Shown in pieces: positions 34,132 through 46,100 of a stretch of 48,153 nucleotides of DNA. Numbering within the stretch: position 1 is the first letter of the stretch; every line of letters begins with the position of its first letter. The translations under genes and the position numbers were made by a program. Below the pieces are notes generated by a model. The model did not search any database. It was not told the DNA's origin and saw only the letters and a program-made list of their open reading frames with translations. This DNA is from Macrostomum lignano. Its lineage: Eukaryota. The DNA lies in NCBI GenBank assembly GCA_002269645.1, contig NIVC01003137.1, positions 1-48,153 of the forward strand, read 5' to 3'.

Positions 34132-37100
34132 TCAGGCCGTCTGCAGGTTCTTCAGCTTGCGAATCTCCTTGGTGGTCCACACGGCCAGGGTCTTCGCCTT
34201 TGACACCTTGCTGCGGCGGCACTTCTGCAGCATGGCGCTGAAAACGTCCTCGCTGACGGCGGGCAGCAGGTCGGCGCCGTAGGCGGTCACCAGGTCGCTG
34301 CGATGGCGGACAGGGGAGTTGAGGCTCACTGAGACCAGCCGCTGAGTTGCAAAGTAAACCAGCTTATCTTCTGTGTAATCAAGCTTATCTGTGTAAACAA
34401 GCTGAGCTTACCTACTGACAATCTGAGCTTATCTACTGGCAATATGAGCTTATCTACTGGCAATATGAGCTTACCTACTGGCAATATAAGCTTATCTACT
34501 GACAATGTGCCTCTGAGATTATCTACTGACAATCTGAGCTTATCTACTGACAATCTGAGCTTATCTACTGACAATCTGAGCAATATCTACTGGCAATATT
34601 AGCTTATCTACTGAGATCCAGATATAGGTCAGGAAACTGACAGAACAGAGCCCCTCTATCCAACAGGAAATTTCTCAACAGCTCAAGTCTCACCCCAGCA
34701 GGCCGCAGGCGCAGCCGAGCACCTCGTCAGTGGAGACGGGGTCGCGGGCAACCATGGCAATGAAGTGCAGCATGGGCTGCACAGCCGGCTGGATGGAGCG
34801 CAGCTCCTGAGTGTGCGGAGTCGGCCCGTTGCCCTTCAGGCCCTGCACAATGCCGGTGTAGGCCTCCAGGCAGGCCTCGCGCAGCTCGTTCAGGTAGTCC
34901 ACCTGGTCCGGGTTGCTCACGTCCACCTGGGCCTGGCTGGCCTGCTGCAGGGTGTTGATGACGATCTCCAGGAACTTGAAGAAGCCCGGGCCCAGAGCCA
35001 GGGAGAAGTCGGAGAAGGCGCTGATCACGCTGGGCTTCACGCTCTGGTCGACGGCCTGCGAGCTGAGCAGCTCCACCAGGATGACGAAGATCTCGTCAGT
35101 GTAGGGAGCGATGCGCTCGCCGAGGGCGCGGCAGAGGTCGCCAAGCAGGCCGACTGCGTTCATGCAGATCTGGCAGCGACGGGAGGTGCATTCTTTAAGC
35201 GACATTGTCACACAGGACACAGCCGGCGAGAGGCATTACTGCCCATTCTACCGACTCCCCTGAGCAGGCACACAAGTGCGCGGATACGCACAGGCACGCA
35301 CTCACATGAGTGTACAGCGGCCGTAACTTTATTTGTCGTTAGGTATGTACACTTTATTGTGCCTTGGGATTCAAATTTAGCCCCAAATTAATGACTGCAC
35401 TTGGAATCGAGCCTGGGACGCTGGCACACCAGAATGCCACGCTAGACAACTAGGCTACGCCCCCCCCCCCGAAAGATGCGTTACAGGACTAAGCTTTAGA
35501 GCATTAATCCACGAGTAAGTGACTCAGATTGACTAGTAAATGAGGATTTAGGAGGCTGGCCCAGCAACTAAGGTTCTGGGAGGCTGGTGGCCCAGCGACT
35601 GAGGATCTGGGAGGCTGGCCCAGCAACTAAGGTTCTGGGAGGCTGGCCCAGCAACTGAGGATATGGGAGGCTGGCCTAGCAACTAAGGATCTGGGAGGCT
35701 GGCCCAGCAACTGAGGATATGGGAGGCTGGCCTAGCAACTGAGGATCTGGGAGACTGGCCTAGCAACTGAGGATCTGGGAGACTGGCCCAGCAACTGAGG
35801 ATATGGGAGGCTGGCCCAGCAACTGAGGATCTGGGAGACTGGCCTAGCAACTGAGGATATGGGAGGCTGGCCTGGCAACTGAGGATCTGGGAGGCTGGCC
35901 TAGCAGCTGAGGATATGGGAGGCTGGCCTAGCAACTGAGGATCTGGGAGGCTGGCCTAGCAACTGAGGATATGGGAGGCTGGTGGCCCAGCAACTGATGA
36001 TCTGGGAGGCTGGCCTAGCAGCTGAGGATATGGGAGGCTGGCCTGGCAACTGAGGATCTGGGAGGCTGGCCTAGCAACTGAGGATCTGGGAGGCTGGCCT
36101 AGCAACTGAGGATCTGGGAGACTGGCCTAGCAACTGAGGATCTGGGAGGCTGGCCCAGCAACTAAGGTTCTGGGAGGCTGGCCCAGCAACTGAGGATATG
36201 GGAGGCTGGCCTAGCAACTAAGGATCTGGGAGGCTGGCCCAGCAGCTGAGGATCTGGGAGGCTGGCCTAGCAACTGAGGATCTGGGAGGCTGGCCTAGCA
36301 ACTGAGGATATGGGAGGCTGGTGGCCCAGCAACTGATGATCTGGGAGGCTGGCCTAGCAGCTGAGGATATGGGAGGCTGGCCTGGCAACTGAGGATCTGG
36401 GAGGCTGGCCTAGCAACTGAGGATCTGGGAGGCTGGCCTAGCAACTGAGGATCTGGGAGGCTGGCCTAGCAACTGAGGATATGGGAGGCTGGTGGCCCAG
36501 CAACTGATGATCTGGGAGGCTGGCCTAGCAGCTGAGGATATGGGAGGCTGGCCTGGAAACTGAGGATCTGGGAGGCTGGCCTAGCAACTGAGGATCTGGG
36601 AGGCTGGCCTAGCAACTGAGGATCTGGGAGACTGGCCTAGCAACTGAGGATCTGGGAGGCTGGCCCAGCAACTAAGGTTCTGGGAGGCTGGCCCAGCAAC
36701 TGAGGATATGGGAGGCTGGCCTAGCAACTAAGGATCTGGGAGGCTGGCCCAGCAGCTGAGGATATGGGAGGCTGGCCTAGCAACTGAGGATCTGGGAGGC
36801 TGGCCTAGCAACTGAGGATATGGGAGGCTGGTGGCCCAGCAACTGATGATCTGGGAGGCTGGCCTAGCAGCTGAGGATATGGGAGGCTGGCCTGGCAACT
36901 GAGGATCTGGGAGACTGGCCTAGCAACTGAGGATCTGGGAGGCTGGCCCAGCAACTGAGGATCTGGGAGACTGGCCCAGCAACTGAGGATCTGGGAGGCT
37001 GGTGGCCCAGCAACTGAGGATCTGGGAGGCTGGCCCAGCAACTAAGGTTCTGGAAGGCTGGTGGCCCAGCAACTGAGGATATGGGAGGCTGGCCCAGCAA

Positions 37101-40100
37101 CTGAGGATCTGGGAGGCTGGCCCAGCAACTAAGGTTCTGGGAGGCTGGTGGCCCAGCAACTGAGGATATGGGAGGCTGGCCCAGCAACTAAGGTTCTGGG
37201 AGGCTGGCCCAGCAACTGACACTCTGGGAGGCTGGCCCAGCAACTGAGGATCTGGGAGGCTGGCCTGGCAACTGAGGATCTGGGAGGCTGGCCTAGCAGC
37301 TGAGGATATGGGAGGCTGGCCTAGCAACTGAGGATCTGGGAGGCTGGCCTAGCAACTGAGGATCTGGGAGGCTGGCCTAGCAACTGAGGATATGGGAGGC
37401 TGGTGGCCCAGCAACTGATGATCTGGGAGCCTGGCCTAGCAGCTGAGGATATGGGAGGCTGGCCCAGCAACTGAGGATCTGGGAGCCTGGCCCAGTAACT
37501 GAGGATCTGGGAGGCTGGCCTAGCAACTGAGGATCTGGGAGGCTGGCCTAGCAACTGAGGATCTGGGAGGCTGGCCCAGCAACTGAGGATCTGGGAGACT
37601 GGCAGTTCCACAGCTGACTGGCCAGCAAGCCACAAGAAACGGGAGCTGAATCGTCTACCTGGGTTTCAGTAACGGAGCGCAGGCAGGAGAGCAGCACCGG
37701 CTTGAAGACCTCCATGTACTTGATGAAGTCCTCGCCAAGGCAATCCACCAGGGCGGCCATGGCCAGCAGGGCGTCCTCCTGCACGCCGCTCTGCTGCTCA
37801 GCCTCATCGTCGGCGGGCTGGTGCTGCTGCACCTGCTGCTGGGTGAGCATCCGGAGCAGCAGCTCCATGACAGCGTCGGCAATGTTGGGCGCATCGTTGC
37901 GGTCGATCTTGTGCAGCACGGACTGCAGGGTGGCGCACAGCATGCTCTGCAGCTCGTTCAGCTGGGCCCGGTCGTGCGAGGTCTGCAGCTTGTCGGCCAC
38001 GTCCTATACGGATGGTTGGAGAAAAATCACAATTCAATGATATTTATAGCTGCTACTGGATTGGCTACTTGAAGTAGTTGGTGATTGGGTTCAAGCTGAA
38101 TAAGTTTATCCGTGTGCCAAAAGTGGAGTCGAACCCGGTTGACACTGCCAGGACCATTTTCTGTCCTAATATAGATTCCAATTTCAAGCATTAGCTAGAC
38201 TGAACAGAATTTTTTGTCCGCCATGCAAGATTTTTGCGCCACGCTCTATACTTGCTACTCACCTCGTATCAGTAGACAAACTCCGACATGCAAGTCGATT
38301 TTAATTTAACAGACTAACACTCAGTTTGGGACTTGCAGCGCGGCGAAATTGTTTTCCCCAGAACCCAGTCAACCCGATGCAAACGGTAACTAGGCCAAGA
38401 AATTTGCCAGGGTCACCTGCTTCGCCCAGAGTCCTTTCAGAATCGTTGCGGGTGAATAGAAAAGAAGTGACTCTTGACGACTCTAAAACGTCACGGTAAA
38501 AAGAGCCAAAAAGTCGTCATGGCGACGCAAGTGACTCTGGGGCGATACTGTTGTAATGACTCTGGGGCCGTGGAGTCGTATCTGAGGCGAGCCAGAGTCG
38601 CCGTAGAATCACTGAATTGTGTCTAAAGCGCATCTGCGGCACTTAATGAACAACTCTATTTATTCTACTTGAGTTAGTAGAAAGTTCAGCACGTTGATGC
38701 GCTCCTGACTCAACAGTCGCATCTCCATCATATTACCAGTCGTTTGAGTCGTTGGAAAGTCACACGAGTCGTACCAGAGTCGCTAGAGTCAGTGGTTAGT
38801 TTGCAATGACTCTTTAGCGACTGCTGGCACAATAACGTTTGCAACGGGCAACACAGCATACTCAGGGGCGGATTTAGGGGGGGGGGGCGACCGCCCCCCC
38901 CCCAATAATAGCTTGACCGAACATATTGTGCCCCCTAAACTTGATTCTTTGCCCCCAAACGCCTTTTTTGCGCCCCTAAGCTTGATTTTTCGCCCCCAAA
39001 AGCATTTTTTGCGCCCCCTAGCTTAAAAATTGGCGCCCCTTACACTCGTGTTGGCGCCCCAAACTTGGACCGCCCCCCCCAAAATGAAACTCTAGATCCG
39101 CCACTGGGCTAATCATGTTCGCTGGCCTTGCCTGAATGCTCTTGAGCCGCTGCATCACAATAAGCGTGGTTTTCTGCAGGGTGGCGTAGCAGTCCCTGGG
39201 CGAGTGCTTCAGCATCTCCATCAGCGCGTGGTAGGCCGCGTTGCGCAGGTTGTGCTGCCCTGCCTCCTGCCGGTCCGTCGTCTCCAGCAGCTTGCCGACG
39301 ATCGGCTCGAAGAAGCCGCTCAGGCAGTAGGTCTCCACCTGGGCGCTGCGGTTGTCCGACGTGCCGGCCTGGTGGTGAGATTCAGGTGGCGTTTGTGGCA
39401 AACAGTGAGATTCAGGTGGCGTTTGTGGCAAACAGTGAGATTCAGGTGGCGTTTGTGGCAAACAGTGAGATTCAGGTGGCGTTTGTGGCAAACAGTGAGA
39501 TTCAGGTGGCGTTTGTGGCAAACAGTGAGATTCAGGTGGCGTTTGTGGCAAACAGTGAGATTCAGGTGGCGTTTGTGGCAAACTGTGAGATTCAGGGGGA
39601 GATTTGTGGCAAACAGTGAGATTCAGGGGGAGATTTGTGGCAAACTGTGAGATTCAGAGGGAGAATTGTGGCAAACAATGAGGTTCAGTCAAGCAGGGCC
39701 GCTTCACCTGGCTGACTGCCTGGTCGTAGGCGGCGGAGGCGAGGCTGCTGAAGGCCCAGCAGACGTTGGCAGCCACCCGCGGCTCGGCTCCGAGGCCCTC
39801 CACCAGGCCGTGCAGCAGCGGGTTGAGGAACTTCTCCTGCACCACCAGGCCAGGCAGGGTGTCCAGCACGCGGCCGATGGTCCAGGCCGAGGTGTCGCGG
39901 ACAACATTTGACGGATCGCGCAGCAGCTCGATGATGACGGGCAGGGCGTTCTCAACCAGGCTGCGCAGGTTGTCGGGGTCCGGGCCCTCCAGGATGCAGC
40001 CGAACGACATCACGGCGGCGTCGCTGTAAAATAGTGGTGTCGGCGTGGAGAGCTCTAAGAATCCAAAGCAAACATGGATTATCCCCATGCCTGGCTTACA

Positions 40101-43100
40101 ATCCCCAATCCACATGGATTATCCCCATGCCCCGCTAACAATCCCCAATCCACATGGATTATCCCCATGCCCCACCAACAATCCCCAACCCACATGGATT
40201 ATCCCCATGCCCCGCTAACAATCCCCAATCCACATGGATTATCCCCATGCCCCACCAACAATCCCCAACCCACATGGATTATCCCCATGCCCCACCAACA
40301 ATCCCCAACCCACATGGATTATCCCCATGCCCCTCAAAAACTCCCCAACCCACATGTATTATCTCCATGCCCCGCTAACAATCCCCAAACCACATGGATT
40401 ATCCCCATGCCCCAACAATCTCCAACCCACATGGATTATCCCCATGCCCCGCTAACAATCCCCAAACCACATGTATTATCCCCATGCCCCGCTAACAATC
40501 CCCAAACCACATGGATTATCCCCATGCCCCACCAACAATCCCCAACCCACATGGATTATCCCCATGCCACACCAACAATCTCCAACCCACATGGATTATC
40601 CCCATGCCCCACCAACAATCTCCAACCCACATGGATTATCCCCATGCCCCGCTTCAATCCCCAAACCACATGGATTATCCCCATGCCCCGCTAACAATCC
40701 CCAACCCACATGGATTATCCCCATGCCACACCAACAATCTCCAACCCACATGGATTATCCCCATGCCCCGCTAACAATCCCCAAACCACATGGATTATCC
40801 CCATGCCCCGCTAACAATATGCAACCCACATGGATTATCCCCATGCCCCACCAACAATCCCCAACCCACATGAATTATTCCCATGCCACACCAACAATCT
40901 CCAACCCACATGGATTATCCCCATGCCCCACCAACAATCTCCAACCCACGTGGATTATCCCCATGCCCCGCTAACAATCCCCAACCCACATGGATTATCC
41001 CCATGCCCCGCTAACAATCCCCAAACCACATGTATTATCCCCATGCCCCGCTAACAATCCCCAAACCACATGGATTATCCCCATGCCCACCAACAATCCC
41101 CAACCCACATGGATTATCCCCATGCCACACCAACAATCTCCAACCCACATGGATTATCCCCATGCCCCACCAACAATCTCCAACCCACATGGATTATCCC
41201 CATGCCCCGCTTCAATCCCCAAACCACATGGATTATCCCCATGCCCCGCTAACAATCCCCAACCCACATGGATTATCCCCATGCCACACCAACAATCTCC
41301 AACCCACATGGATTATCCCCATGCCCCACCAACAATCTCCAACCCACATGGATTATCCCCATGCCCCACCAACAATCTCCAACCCACATGGATTATCCCC
41401 ATGCCACACCAACAATCCCCAAACCACATGGATTATCCCCATGCCCCGCTAACAATATGCAACCCACATGGATTATCCCCATGCCCCACCAACAATCCCC
41501 AACCCACATGGATTATCCCCATGCCGCTCTAACAATCCCCAACCCACATGGATTATCCCCATGCCCCACCAACAATCTCCAACCCACGTGGATTATCCCT
41601 ATGCCCCGCTAACAATCCCCAACCCACATGGATTATCCCCATGCCCCGCTAACAATCCCCAACCCACATGGATTATCCCCATGCCCCACCAACAATCTCC
41701 AACCCACGTGGATTATCCCTATGCCCCGCTAACAATCCCCAACCCACATGGATTATCCCCATGCCCCGCTAACAATCCCCAACCCACATGGATTATCCCC
41801 ATGCCCCACCAACAATCTCCAACCCACGTGGATTATCCCCATGCCCCGCTAACAATCCCCAACCCACATGGATTATCCCCATGCCCCGCTAACAATCCCC
41901 AACCCACGTGGATTATCCCCATGCCCCACCAACAATCCCCAACCCACATAGATTATCCCCATGCCCCGCTAACAATCCCCAACCCACATGGATTATCCCC
42001 ATGCCACACCAACAATCCCCAACCCACATGTATTATCCCCATGCCACACCAACAATCCCCAACCCACATGTATTATCCCCATGCCCCACCAACAATCCCC
42101 AACCCACATGGATTATCCCCATGCCCCACCAACAATCCCCAACCCACATGTATTATCCCCATGCCCCACCAACAATCCCCAATCCACATGGATTATCCCC
42201 ATGCCCCACCAACAATCCCCAATCCACATGGATTATCCCTATGCCCACCAACAATCCCCAGCTAACATGGATTAACCCAACACCACACTGAATACCCACT
42301 AGAACACAGGGATTATCCCTAGTCCACAAGGATCATCTGGAGGCCACGCACCGGAAGCGCCAGTTCTCGGACCGGATGTGGTCGTTGACGAAGGGCAACA
42401 CGGCGCCCACGATGGCATCGCCGGCGCACTGGGCCAGCAGCATGAGGCAGACCGTGGCCGCCTTGCACGGGCCCCAGTCGTCCTCGTCGTCCTGCTCCTC
42501 CTGCCTGGTGAGGGTGGCGGTGAGAATGGGCACCAGGTAGGGCAGGGCGCCGCGGGCGTAGTGCTTGCTGCTGACGGTGGGCGGCAGGCCCTTCTCCTCG
42601 CTCTCCTGCTCGTCGATGGCCAGGTCGATCTCTTCCTCGCACACGGTGGACCAGAACTCGATGCCCTGCAGGGCCACCTCTTCCACCTCGCTCTTCATCG
42701 CCTCGTAGGTGATCTGAGGTGTGGGGGATTTAGCGATTGGTTTGGACCCTGGATGTTTAATTGGGACTGGACCCTGGATATTCAATTGAAACTGGACCCT
42801 GGATATTCAATTGAAACTGGACCCTGGATATTCAATTGAAACTGGACCCTGGATATTCAATTGGGACTGGACCCTGGATATTCAATTGGAACTGGACCCT
42901 GGATATTCAATTGGGACTGGACCCTGGATATTCAATTGGGACTGGACCCTGGATATTCAATTGAAACTGGACCCTGGATATTCAATTGGGACTGGACCCT
43001 GGATATTCAATTGGGACTGGACCCTGGATATTCAATTGGGACTGGACCCTGGATATTCAATTGGGACTGGACCCTGGATATTCAATTGGGACTGGACCCT

Positions 43101-46100
43101 GGATATTCAATTGAAACTGGACCCTGGATATTCAATTGAAACTGGACCCTGGATATTCAATTGGGACTGGACCCTGGATATTCAATTGGGACTGGACCCT
43201 GGATATTCAATTGAGACTGGAGTTTGAATTAAAAATTTAAAATGACAGATTTTTAGAGTCCATGTGATAAGCGAATGTTAGCAATTTAAAGATAAAACAC
43301 GAATACAATAAAACGTGTAGCAGGTCAGAGTAGCGGGGAATAACAAATGAGAGTCTCAGCGGAAAACCCCGTTGTTCTCAGCCTGCAGAAGCAGCAAAAT
43401 GGCTTTAATGTAGGAGACAGGTTTCATGCGCCGCAGATGCACTGCTCGGGTGGCTGGGGCACTTCTTTTAGTCTCCGATTGCAAAATGACATTTTACTGT
43501 ATTGCAATACTACTTACTATAAGTAGAAGAATACGGCTAAGATAATTGCAGCCAATGTACTCACGGCAAACAAGGCCTGGTTCATATAGGTCTCCATGTA
43601 CTGATAATACAGATTCATAATCTTGACCAGGCACTGCAGGGCGGCCACTTTGATGCCGGTCTCGGCGCACTGGGTGGCCTCGCACACCACCTGCATGATG
43701 TAGTGCCGCTCCGCGTCAATGTCGAAGTTCTGCTTGGTGAACTCCAGGCTGTTGAGCAGGGCCTGCGTGGCCGCCAGCCGCACGTTGCTGTTCTGCTCCT
43801 CCTTCTTCATGCCGTTCACGATGGCCGTGAGGATCTCGTTGCTCTGCGCCGACAGGAAGTTCGGGTCCTGGGGGTGCGGGGGCGGCTTGATGGAGCTGGG
43901 ATACTGGGCGATTCCATGTGGAAGATCTGTTGGAGGGGTCGATCACATGTTGGATCTGTTAAGGGGCGATTCCATGGGAGGATCGGATCTTGGGGATTCC
44001 TATGGGGAGGATCGGGGGATTCCCATGAGGATCGGGGGATTCCCATGGGGAGGATCGGGGATTCTCATGGGGAGGATCGGGAGGATTCCCATGAGGAGGA
44101 TCGGGGGATTCCCATGGGGAGGATCGGGGATTTCCATGGGGAGGATCGGGAGGATTCCCATGAGGAGGATCGGGGGGATTCCCATGGGGAGGATCGGGGG
44201 ATTCCCATGAGGAGGATCGGGGATTCCCATGGGGAGGATCAGGGGGATTCCCATGAGGAGGATCGGGGGATTCCCATGAGAAGGATCGGGGATTCCCATG
44301 AGGAGGATCGGGGGGGATTCCCATGGGGAGGATCGGGGGGATTCCCATGGGGAGGATCGAGGGGGATTCCCATAAGGAGGATCGGGGGATTCCCATGGGG
44401 AGGATCTGATGAAGGATGAGAGAACCTGGTGGGGGAGGGCGATTCCTGCGGGTAGACAGTCTAAATTAAGGTGGACAGGCAGACACACCCAGACAGGTAG
44501 ATGCAGCAGACAGGTAGGCACAACAGCAAGGCAATGCAAAAAATAGCTGTGTAAAATTGCTAAATAAACAGTATGAAAACTAGTCTAATGAGACAATTTC
44601 TAAGACCGTTGACAACATAATTGATTAATATTGGAATAAGCTGGCCGATTTAATGAACCAGAGTATGCAGTCAGCAGTAGAAATAAATATCAGCAGATAT
44701 CGGATCACTACGCAACCGAATTATGATAATTAATAAACAAATTGCAAGCCAATTCAGTCAGATTAGGCAAACTGCAGCCGGCAATGAGAAAGGGATTTAA
44801 GTCGGATAGCCATAATTGGGGATTAGAGATTAACTGTTAAGCTGCTACCAAACTACAGCTGGCAGTTGGTCAACTGGCCAGCAAGCACGCAGTGATTGAC
44901 AGGTAAATGCATCAATTATTGAAACTGCAAGCCATCGAAAGCAAATAAAATGTCAATATTGTGATAACAAAGGGCAAGGAGAGGAAGAATCCTAACAGAG
45001 CCGCAGCTTACCATCTTGACGAGTGCAGGGCGGCGAGCGGGGGGCGGGGAGGCAGAGGGAGATGGGCGGCGTTTAGCAGGTGGAATCTGATGTAGACTGC
45101 AGTTCAATAACAAATGCTGACTTACCTGGCATGAAACTTCACAATTATGACATTCAAAAAATGTAATAATAGAGAATTGTGATACTTATAAGAATTATGA
45201 CCATACATGCGCAACACATGGCCGACTGGCGTAGTACTAATTAGATGACGAGGTATTCAGCCTTAATAAGACAATTATAGTTACTTCTGCCATTTACCCA
45301 CAATTGCGTTAATTTTTGCTCTAGGGTTTCTTTCACAGGTAAGTTGCATTTTTGGTCAAACAGTACTCGTAAGTCACACGGCCAGTGTAAATCAGGGGGG
45401 GGGGTTGCGCATGTATGATTATGACATTCGAGATCATGACACTCGAGAATTATGATATTCGAGAAATATGTTTTAGATAGAAAAACGATATTAGAGAATA
45501 ATGATATGATTTTCAATCTAGCATACATGTAATTGACATATTTAAATTACCTGAAAATGATGGTTACAATCGAGACGAACTTGAAGTAGCAAAAATGTCA
45601 GTAAGCATAAAAACATGACAAACAACTCACAATATCCTGGCAGATGTAGCCAATGGCCTGTAGAGTGGCCTGCTTCTTCAGCGGAGTGCTGGCCTGGTCC
45701 ACAACGTTAGCAACCAGCACCTGCATGAGGTTGGCCCACTGGCCGGCCGGCAGCTCGATCACGGCGATGTAGGCCACCGCCTGGGCGGCGGAGCTCTGCA
45801 CCTCCGTGCCCAGGGTGAGCAGGCACTGCGGGGGTCAAGGTTCAATTTGGGGCTCTACTGAAGGGGTGACATAAGCCTATTTAGTTGCGTTCTAACCACA
45901 ATCAAATATGCTTAACTTACATCGCTGGCAGTTTATGCAAAAAACTCACACAGCCCTCAGACGCGACGCGCAATTGCATTTTAATTTACATGTCATAGCA
46001 ACATGGCAGATGAAACAGGCTTTTTACATTTTACACATCAGATACTCGGCTTTTCGTTTCTTAGAAAATCTTTTACAGGAGACTTCAGCGCCAGGGTTTA

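Noticed and set aside
38084-38200. B-box GGTTCGACTCC on the minus strand
   Set aside because: No convincing A-box or cloverleaf.
45118-45135. acttacctggca as a U1 snRNA 5-prime end
   Set aside because: Only 12 nt match with no U1 body; it is simply a strong donor-like site on the minus strand.
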